Source: Hydrurus foetidus (lineage: Eukaryota). Taken from it: 64,000 nt of DNA. The position numbers and the translations under genes were made by a program. Every line of letters begins with the position of its first letter. Position 1 is the stretch's first letter. The DNA lies in the NCBI GenBank assembly GCA_900617105.1, contig UYFQ01000001.1, positions 4,154,001 to 4,218,000 on the forward strand. The letters are read 5' to 3'. The notes beneath the pieces were generated by a model, which was given only the letters and a program-made list of their open reading frames with translations, searched no databases and had not been told where the DNA came from. Below, one piece after another: positions 10,334 to 20,949 of the stretch.

Positions 10334-10355
10334 AAATAGAACGGTCGTTCGTTTT
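10334..10355. promoter_or_regulatory. Palindromic operator in the divergent etfD/SDR promoter region (TetR-family FadP-like)
   Basis: aaataGAACG-gt-CGTTCgtttt; regulator identity is recalled from Burkholderiales fatty-acid regulons, not verified. Confidence 0.55.
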
Positions 10356-10390
10356 TAGTGGCTTTGGTCTATTTTCAAGGAGTTTTTTTT

Positions 10391-11173
10391 ATGGCTTACA
10401 GCTTGGATTTGTCAGGACGCGTGGCGCTGGTGACTGGTGCATCGGGCGGGCTTGGCGCACAGTTTGCCAAAACCTTGTCAACTGCAGGGGCGGCAGTGGT
10501 GCTGGCCAGCAGGCGGCTAGACAAACTCAAAGCCCTGCGCGCACAAATTGAAGCTGAAGGCGGTGCGGCGCATGTGGTGGAACTGGACGTGACAGACCAT
10601 TTGAGCATCAAGGCCGCTGTAGCGCATGCTGAAACCGAAGTGGGGCCGATTGACATCCTGATCAACAACTCTGGCGTTAGCAACACACAACGCTTGCAAG
10701 ACGTCGAAGGCGCTGACTACGACTTCATCTTCAACACCAACGTTAAAGGCGCGTTTTTCGTGGCGCAGGAAGTGGGTAAGCGCATGCTGGCGCGTTCACG
10801 TGGCACCGCGCCGGGCGGCTTTTCTGGTGGGCGCATCATCAATATCGCGTCAATGGCAGGGCTGCGTGTGTTGCCGCAAATTGGCGTGTATTGCATGAGC
10901 AAGGCGGCCGTGATTCAAATGACCAAAGCGATGGCGCTGGAGTGGGGCAAGTACGGCATCAACGTGAATGCCATTTGCCCCGGCTATATCGATACTGAAA
11001 TCAACCACCACCACTGGGAAACCGAGCAAGGCAAAAAGCTGGTGCAAATGCTGCCACGCAAACGCATAGGCAAGCCAGAAGATTTAGATGTGTTGCTGGT
11101 GATGCTCGCTAGCCCGCAAAGTCACTTCGTTAACGGTGCGGTGATTGCGGCTGACGACGGTTTCGGCACCTGA
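10391..11173 (+). CDS. Short-chain dehydrogenase/reductase
   Basis: TGASGGLG, NNSG, YCMSK catalytic motif; AAGGAG RBS before ATG 10391. Confidence 0.93.
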   Translation: MAYSLDLSGRVALVTGASGGLGAQFAKTLSTAGAAVVLASRRLDKLKALRAQIEAEGGAAHVVELDVTDHLSIKAAVAHAETEVGPIDILINNSGVSNTQRLQDVEGADYDFIFNTNVKGAFFVAQEVGKRMLARSRGTAPGGFSGGRIINIASMAGLRVLPQIGVYCMSKAAVIQMTKAMALEWGKYGINVNAICPGYIDTEINHHHWETEQGKKLVQMLPRKRIGKPEDLDVLLVMLASPQSHFVNGAVIAADDGFGT

Positions 11174-11179
11174 TTTGAC

Positions 11180-12064
11180 GTGCTGACCGGAATTTTGGCC
11201 GGGCTGGCAGCCGGCGCTTTGTGGGGCTTGGTTTTTATTGCGCCGCGCATGGTACCCGGTTTGTCGTCGGTTGACTTGACGGTCGGCCGGTTTGTGTCTT
11301 ATGGCGCGCTGTCTTTTGCGCTGATGTTTTTGATGCGCCGTTCGGTTTGGCCCACGCTGCGGCAGGCTTTTTCGGCTTTAGGTTTAAGCGTGCTGGGCTT
11401 TACCGGCTACTACTTGCTGTTGGTGTTTGCCATTCGGGACGCGGGCACTGCCGTGCCTAGCCTCATCATCGGCACAATTCCTATCTGGATGATGTTGCTG
11501 GGCAAACCTGTTGGCCTGCGCTGGGCAGCCCTGCTACCGGGGCTGGTTTTGACACTGGTGGGCCTGGCGCTGATGGCGCGTGCTCAGACGCAGGTGTTGG
11601 CTCAGCAACATGACTTTTGGCGTGGGGTTGCCTTTGCCGCAGCCGCGATGGTTTGCTGGACAGCATTTGGGCTGCTGAATGCAACCTGGCTCAAAAAGCA
11701 TCCGCACATTACCGCCACCACTTGGGCCAACTGGCTGGGTGTTGCCACGGGTTTGGGTGCTTTGGCGCTGTGGTTAGTGGCTGGAAGTGACGTAAATGTG
11801 CTTCTAGCCCAACAAAATCGGGCGCAAGCAGCTCTTATTTGTATAGCTACTGGCGTTGGCTCAGCATGGCTGGCGACCATTTTGTGGAACATCGCCAGTC
11901 AGCGTTTAAGCGCCAGCCTGTGTGGCCAACTGATCGTGAGTGAAACGCTGTTTGCGCTGTTTTACTCTTTTGTGTGGGATGGCCAGTGGCCCACGCTGCT
12001 ACAAACGTTGGCTTGCGTGCTGTTTGTTGCTGGAATTCTGGCCAGCATCCGGGCGCACCGCTAA
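11180..12064 (+). CDS. DMT/EamA family transporter
   Basis: About 10 hydrophobic segments in two EamA-like halves. Confidence 0.88.
   Translation: MLTGILAGLAAGALWGLVFIAPRMVPGLSSVDLTVGRFVSYGALSFALMFLMRRSVWPTLRQAFSALGLSVLGFTGYYLLLVFAIRDAGTAVPSLIIGTIPIWMMLLGKPVGLRWAALLPGLVLTLVGLALMARAQTQVLAQQHDFWRGVAFAAAAMVCWTAFGLLNATWLKKHPHITATTWANWLGVATGLGALALWLVAGSDVNVLLAQQNRAQAALICIATGVGSAWLATILWNIASQRLSASLCGQLIVSETLFALFYSFVWDGQWPTLLQTLACVLFVAGILASIRAHR
11807..11847 (+). repeat. 41-bp double-dyad repeat copy, in-frame inside the EamA gene
   Basis: gccc-aacaaaatc-gggc-gcaagca-GCT-cttatttgtat-AGC; encodes AQQNRAQAALICIA. Confidence 0.8.
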
Positions 12065-12072
12065 AACGTATT

Positions 12073-12098
12073 TTAGTGCGCACTGTCGTGTACACTAA
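12073..12098. promoter_or_regulatory. Probable autoregulatory operator of the vapBC-like pair
   Basis: Imperfect inverted repeat TTAGTGcgCAC-tgtc-GTGtaCACTAA ending 5 nt before the antitoxin ATG. Confidence 0.6.
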
Positions 12099-12102
12099 GT
12101 TG

Positions 12103-12330
12103 ATGCGAAACATTACTTTATCTGCAGCTGACGAGCTTATTGACCAAGCGAGAGACAAAGCCCGCGCGCAAGGCGTGACGCTGAACGACGAGTTTCGCAA
12201 ATGGCTGGCCAGTTACGTGCAGGCTGCTGATGGCCAAAGCGCGGTGAGTCACTTTCGCAGCGTGATGCAGGCGCTGCCTCAGGCCGATGCAGGCCGAAGT
12301 TTTACGCGTGACGAGATGAATGAACGCTGA
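12103..12330 (+). CDS. Antitoxin (RHH-like, VapB role)
   Basis: MRNITLSADELIDQARDKA...TLNDEFRKWL...FTRDEMNER, upstream of a PIN gene. Confidence 0.85.
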   Translation: MRNITLSAADELIDQARDKARAQGVTLNDEFRKWLASYVQAADGQSAVSHFRSVMQALPQADAGRSFTRDEMNER

Positions 12331-12345
12331 AACCGGCAGCTTCCA

Positions 12346-12795
12346 ATGAACACTGCTGACACGGTGTTTTTAGACACGAACATCTTTGTTTACGCGTTCC
12401 TCGCCAGCGAGCCGCGCAAACGCGCCAAAGCTGTCGAGTTGATTGAAATTTGCTTGGGTTCAGGGCAAGGCTGCATCAGCTACCAGGTGGTGCAAGAGTT
12501 TGCAAACGTGGCGCGTAAAAAGTTCGCCACCCGATTAAGCGCTGACGACTGCAAAGCGTTCATCGACGCGGCCATGCAGCCGCTGAACAAGGTTGCCAGC
12601 AGCACCGCACTCATCCACACTGCGCTGGACCTGCAAGAGGAGTTGAAATACAGCTTTTACGACTGCGTGATGCTTGCAGCCGCCTTGCAGGCTGGTAGCA
12701 GCACGCTGTACACCGAAGACTTGCAGCATTGGCAGCTGGTGCGCGGCACGCTGCGTGTCGTTAACCCGTTTTTAGAGGTGGCTCATGAAGCTTGA
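12346..12795 (+). CDS. vapC: PIN-domain toxin (VapC-like)
   Basis: FLDTNIFVY, QVVQEF, SFYDCVM, LYTEDLQH. Confidence 0.92.
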   Translation: MNTADTVFLDTNIFVYAFLASEPRKRAKAVELIEICLGSGQGCISYQVVQEFANVARKKFATRLSADDCKAFIDAAMQPLNKVASSTALIHTALDLQEELKYSFYDCVMLAAALQAGSSTLYTEDLQHWQLVRGTLRVVNPFLEVAHEA

Positions 12796-13207
12796 AATCC
12801 CTGAAGCTAAAAAGCTGGTGTTTGAAATGGTCATACCCATCCGCTGGGGCGACATGGACGCGATGAACCATTTGAACAATGCGATGTACTTTCGCTACCT
12901 GGAAACTGTTCGTATTGAGTGGATGCGCAGCATTGGCTGCATGCCAGACTCAAGTGGAGAAGGCCCGGTCATCGTCAATGCGTTTTGTAATTTCTACAAG
13001 CAGCTTCAGTACCCGGGGGATGTGCTGGTCAAGATGTATGTCTCAGACCCCGGTCGCACCACATTTGAAACCTGGTGCACGATGGAACTGACAGATGCGC
13101 CGGGCGTTGTCTGCGCGGCTGGCGGGGCGACCACTATCTGGGTTGATTTCCCGTTGCAGAAGGCCAAAACGCTGCCAGATTGGTTGCGGCAGCTTGTTTT
13201 AAGCTAA
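12785..13207 (+). CDS. Acyl-CoA thioesterase (4HBT/YbgC-like hotdog fold)
   Basis: IRWGDMDAMNHLNNAMYFRYLE. Confidence 0.92.
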   Translation: MKLEIPEAKKLVFEMVIPIRWGDMDAMNHLNNAMYFRYLETVRIEWMRSIGCMPDSSGEGPVIVNAFCNFYKQLQYPGDVLVKMYVSDPGRTTFETWCTMELTDAPGVVCAAGGATTIWVDFPLQKAKTLPDWLRQLVLS

Positions 13208-13231
13208 TTTCTGGGTACAAATCGGCTGCTA

Positions 13232-13272
13232 GCCTAACAAATACGGGCGCGAGAAGCTATTGATAATATAGC
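13232..13272 (+). repeat. 41-bp double-dyad repeat copy (intergenic)
   Basis: gcct-aacaaatac-gggc-gcgagaa-GCT-attgataatat-AGC. Confidence 0.85.
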
Positions 13273-13322
13273 GGGCTTTGGTTGATAAGCTACTTAGAGA
13301 TTGGGTCGTCTGCATCGCAAGC

Positions 13323-13603
13323 GAGCGGTCTGCCTGAGTGTTCTGCTACGTGTCCCCCGCCCCCGTTGGGGGCTCCTCCTTGACCTCCGCAGAACACTCA
13401 GGCAAACCACTCTCTGGGCTTTATCGACCAGCGCAGAAACACAGCTTAGCAATGGGTATGGCGTGTCTGCCGCAGCGAAATCAAGGAGGAGCCCTCGCAA
13501 CCGCGCCAGCGGTTGCGCTCACGTTATGGCAAAAGGCCATGCACGGCTACGGCCGTGCGTTGGCGGGGGACATTCGCGGAGGTAGATGCGCCGTAGCCGT
13601 TGC
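13323..13603. repeat. Two inverted copies of a structured palindromic element
   Basis: Each unit is a 23-24 bp stem enclosing TCAAGGAGGAG-[variable hairpins]-GCGGGGGACA; unit 1 on the minus strand (13323-13412), unit 2 on the plus strand (13449-13603). Confidence 0.7.
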
Positions 13604-13629
13604 GGGTAAAGAAAACAGTTCGCCTTGTT

Positions 13630-14226
13630 TTACTTTTGCTTAGGCACCCGCCCCATCAGGTAAAACTCGGGGTTGGGCTGCATGCCGCTGAAGCTAGCCA
13701 TGCGGTTTGAGAGGCCGAAGAACGCGGTAATTGCCGCTATGTCCCAAGCGTCTTCATCGTCAAAACCATGTGCGTGTAGCGCTTCAAAATCAGCATCGTC
13801 AATCGTGTGCGAGGCCGTGCAAACCTTCATAGCAAAGTCGAGCATGGCGCGCTGCCGCTCAGAGATATCGGCCTTTTTGTAGTTGACGGCAACCTGGTCC
13901 GCCACCAGCGGTTTTTTCTCATAAATTCGCAAAATCGCGCCGTGCGCCACCACGCAGTACAGGCAGCTGTTGGCTGCGCTGGTGGCGGTCACGATCATCT
14001 CGCGGTCGCCCTTGGTCAGGTTGCTGGTTCGGCCAACTGACTCTGGCAGCATCAATGCATCGTGGTACGCAAAAAACGCGCGCCACTCGGCCGGGCGGCG
14101 GGAAAAGCCTAAAAATACGTTGGGGATGAAGCCCGCTTTTTCCTGCACCTCCAAAATTTTGGCGCGAATGTCGTCAGGCAAGTCCGCCAGTTCTGGGGCA
14201 GGGTAGCGTGATGTTGAGTTGGTCAT
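13630..14226 (-). CDS. Peroxidase-related enzyme (AhpD/carboxymuconolactone decarboxylase family)
   Basis: REMIVTATSAANSCLYCVVAHG (CxxC-H motif); start ATG 14226. Confidence 0.92.
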   Translation of the reverse strand: MTNSTSRYPAPELADLPDDIRAKILEVQEKAGFIPNVFLGFSRRPAEWRAFFAYHDALMLPESVGRTSNLTKGDREMIVTATSAANSCLYCVVAHGAILRIYEKKPLVADQVAVNYKKADISERQRAMLDFAMKVCTASHTIDDADFEALHAHGFDDEDAWDIAAITAFFGLSNRMASFSGMQPNPEFYLMGRVPKQK

Positions 14227-14687
14227 GGCGAGATGATGTTGAGTTTGGGAAAGTAAGTTTGAAAGCGCACTGCGTCGCGTGTGAGCAGCCGCATGTTGCC
14301 CACCAACGCATGCGCGCCAATGTAAAAGTCGGGCATGGGCGAGCGTTTGCTTCCCTTGGCTGTACGGTAAATTTTGAAAGCCTGGCCAGCGAGGTAGGCG
14401 GCATCCCACGGCAGGGCTTCGCGCTTGATGGGGAGTTGCTTGAGCGCAGCGTCAAGGTCGGCGGCTTTGGCAAAGCGCGGACTGATTTCAGCGAGAATTA
14501 GCGGGTTAATCACCAGCGGCGCTTGCTGGCCCAGCAAGTCGAGCTTTTCTAGCGACCACTCAGCCCAATCGGGGTCGTTGGCCAGTACGTCTATCAGCAC
14601 GCAACTGTCGACCAGTGTGGGGGCAAGCAGGTAGCGCGCGTCGGGTTCGCGCACCTCATGAATAGCTCGCTGGGTGTCTTTAACCAC
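14223..14687 (-). CDS. vapC: PIN-domain toxin (VapC-like)
   Basis: LVDSCVLID, ILAEIS, PMPDFYIGAHA, LLTRD. Confidence 0.92.
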   Translation of the reverse strand: MVKDTQRAIHEVREPDARYLLAPTLVDSCVLIDVLANDPDWAEWSLEKLDLLGQQAPLVINPLILAEISPRFAKAADLDAALKQLPIKREALPWDAAYLAGQAFKIYRTAKGSKRSPMPDFYIGAHALVGNMRLLTRDAVRFQTYFPKLNIISP

Positions 14688-14919
14688 GAATGAACTTCAT
14701 AAATTCGTCGGTACCCATGCCTTTGAACTGCGCTGCATTTGCGCTGCCGCGTACTTGTTCAAACGCCCGGCGCAGGGGCGAAGCTGATGCGGCGGCGCGC
14801 CTGATCAGCACATCGCCGTTGGCACACACTTCAAATTCAACTTCGCTGTGGGGTTGCAGGCCCGCTTTTTCACGCACCGCTTGCGGAATGGTGACTTGGC
14901 CTTTGCTGGTGAGACGCAT
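14680..14919 (-). CDS. AbrB/MazE-family antitoxin
   Basis: MRLTSKGQVTIPQAVREKAGL. Confidence 0.93.
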   Translation of the reverse strand: MRLTSKGQVTIPQAVREKAGLQPHSEVEFEVCANGDVLIRRAAASASPLRRAFEQVRGSANAAQFKGMGTDEFMKFIRG

Positions 14920-14974
14920 GATTCTTACTCCTGTTTAGTAAGAATCTTACTTTGAATGCTTTGACTTCGCAACT
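14920..14974 (-). promoter_or_regulatory. Sigma70-like promoter with overlapping operator for the AbrB-PIN operon
   Basis: Perfect inverted repeat GATTCTTACT-N7-AGTAAGAATC (14920-14946); minus strand TTGCGA-N17-TAAGAT. Confidence 0.7.
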
Positions 14975-15064
14975 CTGCACAACTCTGCGCAACTTTTCAC
15001 AAACCCACTACCCGGCTGAGTACATTCGCACCCATGTCGGGTAGGGGTTGCAGTTCAGGGCGAT

Positions 15065-17275
<2,211 letters not shown>

Positions 17276-17345
17276 TTAAGCAGTGCCGTGGCAATGTGCC
17301 GGTCCACCGAAAAGAAATAGTAGATCCATCTAAACAAATTTGCCA

Positions 17346-17360
17346 ATAGTCTTTGTCTAT
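17346..17360. promoter_or_regulatory. OxyR-like half site upstream of katG
   Basis: ATAG-tctttgt-CTAT (ATAG-N7-CTAT); the second half of the canonical site matches poorly. Confidence 0.45.
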
Positions 17361-17420
17361 ATTAGTGATTGCCTAAAAAGCCTTATTTGTAGTGCTAAAT
17401 ACAAGCTTTTTAGGGCTATA

Positions 17421-17461
17421 GCCCAATAAATACGGGCGTAAGTTGCTAACTTAAAGATAGC
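17421..17461 (+). repeat. 41-bp double-dyad repeat copy (intergenic)
   Basis: gccc-aataaatac-gggc-gtaagtt-GCT-aacttaaagat-AGC. Confidence 0.85.
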
Positions 17462-17502
17462 AATAAACCAGCAATAAACCAGCAGTAAACCAGCAATAAA
17501 CC
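17460..17502. repeat. 11-bp tandem repeat x4
   Basis: GCAATAAACCA units, with minor variants. Confidence 0.85.
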
Positions 17503-17526
17503 CGCCGCAAAGGCGTTAACGTTTAT

Positions 17527-19668
17527 TTAAAGTGCTGGCCACATCCACCGATAAGCCGACTTACTGCAAAGATGGGTCGAACGCTGCGATAAACGCAGCA
17601 GCGGCGGACGCGCTGCCTGCTTTGCGGCACCGCCCGGCACGTCGTAGATGATTGCTGACAGGTACGGCCGATTGACCACTGCGTTTGGTGAAAATCTTGC
17701 AGCCACAACCGTCGGCACAACCGCTGCATCAGCCGTCAAGTTCAAGCCCACCAACACCGGGTCGTGGTCTGACGCACGAAACGGCGTAGGTGCAAAGCGG
17801 TCGTCGGTGGTGAAGTTCAGGTTGTAGTCCAGCGCAGTAGGCTCGTCGGCATTGATGTGCCACACGCCAACGCCGCTGACTTGGCTGGCCAATGAGCTCG
17901 ATGCATACGCATGGTCAAGTGCGCCGGTTTCGCCACCAAAAACGTAAGTAAAACGGTCGGCTGCGGGCATGCGTTTAAGCAAGTTCTCACTGCCATCCGA
18001 TTCAATCACTTTGGTCGGGTCTTCCAGCAGGTAACTGTTGAAGTCGCCTATCATCAGCACATCTGGTTCGCCCTGTGCTTTGAGCGTGGCCACAAAGTTT
18101 TTCAGCGCGTTGGCCTGCTGTGTACGCCCGGTATTAAAGCAGCCTTGACCGGTATCAATGTCGCCAGAAGTCGGGCAGCTGCCCTTGCTTTTAAAGTGAT
18201 TGATGACAAACCAGAAGTTGCCGCCGTTCGCCCCATTCACGCGGCTGGCAAAGCGCTGTGCCAGCGGCGGGCGGCCAGCGACTGCGGTGTAGCTGGTCAG
18301 GTCTGCGCCAGTGGGCAGCACAACGCCGCCTACGCGGTCAACCTTGGCGGGCTTGTACAAAATGTCGACCTTGATGGCGTCAGTGCCAACGGTTCCGCTG
18401 TTGACTGCGGCGTAAGTGCCCGCGCCCGCTTTGGCGTTGAGTGCTTTGACCAGCTCAAGCGTGGCCAGGTCCGTGTTTTGAATCTCAGTTAGCCCCACCA
18501 CGTCAGCATCAAGGCCCACAATCGCCTCCACAATTTTTGCCTGCTGGCGCTGAAATTCAATCAAGTTATCAGCGCCCCGGCAATTGCTGGCCCTGACTGG
18601 GTTAGACCCCAGCGTGCAGCCTTGGCCGGTTTGGCCCGCAGCATTGGTGCCATCCGTAAACGTGGTGAAGTAATTCAGCACATTAAAGCTGGCTACTTTT
18701 AGCGTACCGCCCACTGCAGGTGCGGCAGTTTGGCGCGCATTGGCATTTACGAACAGCGGGGCTGCGGTGGGGTGAATGCGGTAAGCATTAAAGCCGTGAC
18801 TCAGCACGCCAGTTACTTTATGCGTCGTGTCGCCTATGCGCCGTACCCCGGCCGCACCTGCTGCGCTGAAGTAAGGTGTTGGGTTGGGGTTTTTCGCGCT
18901 GGAGCCATCGTCCAGAATAATTCGGCTCAGCAGATTTTGAGCATTGGTCACCACCACGTTGCCATTGTTGGGGTGAAATTGCCGCCCACCCAGGCCGAGG
19001 GCGAGCGAGCCAAATCGGCCCAGTTCGAACAGTTCGGTCACGGCAAGGGGCTGGTTTATTTCTACCAGCATGCCCTCGTAGCGTTCAAGGGCTTGTGCGT
19101 TGGCAACCGGCAGCGTGATGGCGGTGGGCGCCACTGTTACGCCGCTGCCGCAAACTGTAAAGGTTACGCTGCCTGCTATTTGCGTAACGCTGTCGTTTGC
19201 GCCGCCAAATTCGGTGACGATACCGGTGACTTGCAGTAAGTCGCCAATTGCTACTTTGGCGGCGCCAGGTGCGAATACAAATATGCCTTTAGAGGCCAGC
19301 GGATCAGCGGTGGCTTCGGTTTGCTGCACAAAAAAACCATTCAGGCGGGTGGCACCGGTGTTTTGAAAATCACCCACCACTACCCCGCGAACCGTGACAG
19401 TAGCGGACACCAGCGGGCTGATGCTGCCGGAACCCTGCACGGCCACAATGGTCTGCAGCGGTGCGTTCGCCGGTATGGCGGCGCTGCAAGTGGGCAACAT
19501 AACCGAAGGTGCTTCAACCACCGGCGGTGCGGGGGGCGACGCTGGGTTGGCCGCCGGTTCGTCCCCGCCGCCACCGCAGGCAGCCAGCGCTAGCGACAAA
19601 CCTGCAGCGGCTAGCCACCGGGCAGTTTGAGAAAAGAAGCGTGCCCTAGCTGGAGTGTGTCGTTTCAT
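17527..19668 (-). CDS. ExeM/NucH-family extracellular endonuclease, lipoprotein
   Basis: Lipobox LAAC, OB-fold GVVVGDFQ..GFFVQ, LERYEGMLV, VASFNVLNYF, NHFKSKG, GDFNSY, SDHDPV; C-terminal tail looks degenerate. Confidence 0.9.
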   Translation of the reverse strand: MKRHTPARARFFSQTARWLAAAGLSLALAACGGGGDEPAANPASPPAPPVVEAPSVMLPTCSAAIPANAPLQTIVAVQGSGSISPLVSATVTVRGVVVGDFQNTGATRLNGFFVQQTEATADPLASKGIFVFAPGAAKVAIGDLLQVTGIVTEFGGANDSVTQIAGSVTFTVCGSGVTVAPTAITLPVANAQALERYEGMLVEINQPLAVTELFELGRFGSLALGLGGRQFHPNNGNVVVTNAQNLLSRIILDDGSSAKNPNPTPYFSAAGAAGVRRIGDTTHKVTGVLSHGFNAYRIHPTAAPLFVNANARQTAAPAVGGTLKVASFNVLNYFTTFTDGTNAAGQTGQGCTLGSNPVRASNCRGADNLIEFQRQQAKIVEAIVGLDADVVGLTEIQNTDLATLELVKALNAKAGAGTYAAVNSGTVGTDAIKVDILYKPAKVDRVGGVVLPTGADLTSYTAVAGRPPLAQRFASRVNGANGGNFWFVINHFKSKGSCPTSGDIDTGQGCFNTGRTQQANALKNFVATLKAQGEPDVLMIGDFNSYLLEDPTKVIESDGSENLLKRMPAADRFTYVFGGETGALDHAYASSSLASQVSGVGVWHINADEPTALDYNLNFTTDDRFAPTPFRASDHDPVLVGLNLTADAAVVPTVVAARFSPNAVVNRPYLSAIIYDVPGGAAKQAARPPLLRLSQRSTHLCSKSAYRWMWPAL

Positions 19669-19796
19669 CGATTGCCTTCGGTTGAGTTTCAAACCGATTG
19701 TTTGAAGCAACGAAGGTTTTACTTCCACTTGATGACGTTGGCGTGAAACGCAGCGTAAGTCGACTTATCTCAGCTTGGTGCTCATTTAAGTCTTTT

Positions 19797-19837
19797 GCCC
19801 ACATAATACAGGCGCGACCAGCTACTAAAAAAGTAGC
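19797..19837 (+). repeat. 41-bp double-dyad repeat copy (intergenic)
   Basis: gccc-acataatac-aggc-gcgacca-GCT-actaaaaaagt-AGC. Confidence 0.85.
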
Positions 19838-19845
19838 AAATTATG

Positions 19846-20772
19846 TTACACGCGCCTTGCCAACTCGACCGCAGCAGCCGAGCCGCTGCCAACAATTGCG
19901 CACCACGCCCGCAGCAGTGGCCCAGGTGGTTTTCCGCCCAGGGATTTGGCTTCATCGCGATGCTCACATTCGTCGTGTTGGCATTGCAAAAGCAAAGCAA
20001 GCAGCTCGGCGTGCTCAGGCCGGTTCTGCAGCTTGTCAATTTGGTGCTGGTAGTGCTTGTCTACAAACGTCTCGACCGCGGCAATCGTGCCGTACACAGC
20101 GCGGGGGCCAAACAGCGCGGGCAGCGCGCCGGTTAAAAACCCGGCCACACGCCAGGCAGGCAGCAAGCGGCTGCGCTGCGGCCAAGGCAATAGGGCGCTG
20201 ATTTTGTCCAAGTGGGTTTGCTCAGTGACGTTGTGGCGTCGGGCAAACTCGCGCACACCTTCGTCGCGTGAAAAAGCCAGCACGCCCCGGTAAATCCACA
20301 CCGCGCCCAGCTCACCTGCGTGGTCTGAGCGCAAGTCGCCGACCAGCTCTTTGCTTACCCGCGGCGCTTCAAACGCTTTGGCGACGCCTTGCATTTGCGG
20401 CCGTACGGTTAAAAAGCCTCGGTAGGCCAGTTCCATCAGCGGCGTTGCGCCGGGCAAGCTGGCCATGCGTGCCAGCCAGCGCCAGCCCGGCAGCACCGCC
20501 CACAGCGCAACAAAAGCAGCTGCGCCACTGCGCACGCTGCCATCTGCCAACTGCACGTGAAAGCGTTTTAAGTAAGCAGCGCGGTCGCCACCGGGCGGCA
20601 GCACAGTTTGCGCCAAGCTGACATCGGCAAATGCCAGCCGGGTAGCCGAATCAATCGGGCTCAGGCCTTGGTAAACGCCGATTTCGCGGCGGCACAGCGG
20701 GCAAGCGCCGTCAAACAGAACGGTGAGCTGACCGGACTGTACTGCGCGATTTTCAAGTTCAATAGTTACCAT
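19846..20772 (-). CDS. DCC1-like thiol-disulfide oxidoreductase fused to a Coq7-like di-iron hydroxylase
   Basis: N-terminal FDGACPLC; C-terminal LRSDHAGELGA..IY, EQTH, VETFVDKHY, DECEH. Confidence 0.85.
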   Translation of the reverse strand: MVTIELENRAVQSGQLTVLFDGACPLCRREIGVYQGLSPIDSATRLAFADVSLAQTVLPPGGDRAAYLKRFHVQLADGSVRSGAAAFVALWAVLPGWRWLARMASLPGATPLMELAYRGFLTVRPQMQGVAKAFEAPRVSKELVGDLRSDHAGELGAVWIYRGVLAFSRDEGVREFARRHNVTEQTHLDKISALLPWPQRSRLLPAWRVAGFLTGALPALFGPRAVYGTIAAVETFVDKHYQHQIDKLQNRPEHAELLALLLQCQHDECEHRDEAKSLGGKPPGPLLRAWCAIVGSGSAAAVELARRV

Positions 20773-20908
20773 AACTTGATGTTGCCAGACTGCGGTACAT
20801 GTTGCGTGCGTTTTACGCAATCACGAGCGCGCTGTGCGGACATATGGCTAGCCTTGGGTGGCTTTTTGGTCACTTGAATGCCGATAATAAGAATAAATAA
20901 GGCCATTT

Positions 20909-20949
20909 GCCGAATGAATACAGGCGCGAGCGGCTCCTTTAATCATAGC
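20909..20949 (+). repeat. 41-bp double-dyad repeat copy overlapping the nth stop codon
   Basis: gccg-aatgaatac-aggc-gcgagcg-GCT-cctttaatcat-AGC. Confidence 0.8.

Noticed and set aside
13294..13643. Small ORFs 13294-13500, 13301-13585 and 13338-13643
   Set aside because: They overlap a GC-rich palindromic element and have no protein-like features; probably spurious
17527..17700. Odd C-terminal tail of the ExeM-like nuclease as a new domain
   Set aside because: More likely a truncated accessory domain running into non-coding sequence; the catalytic domain is complete
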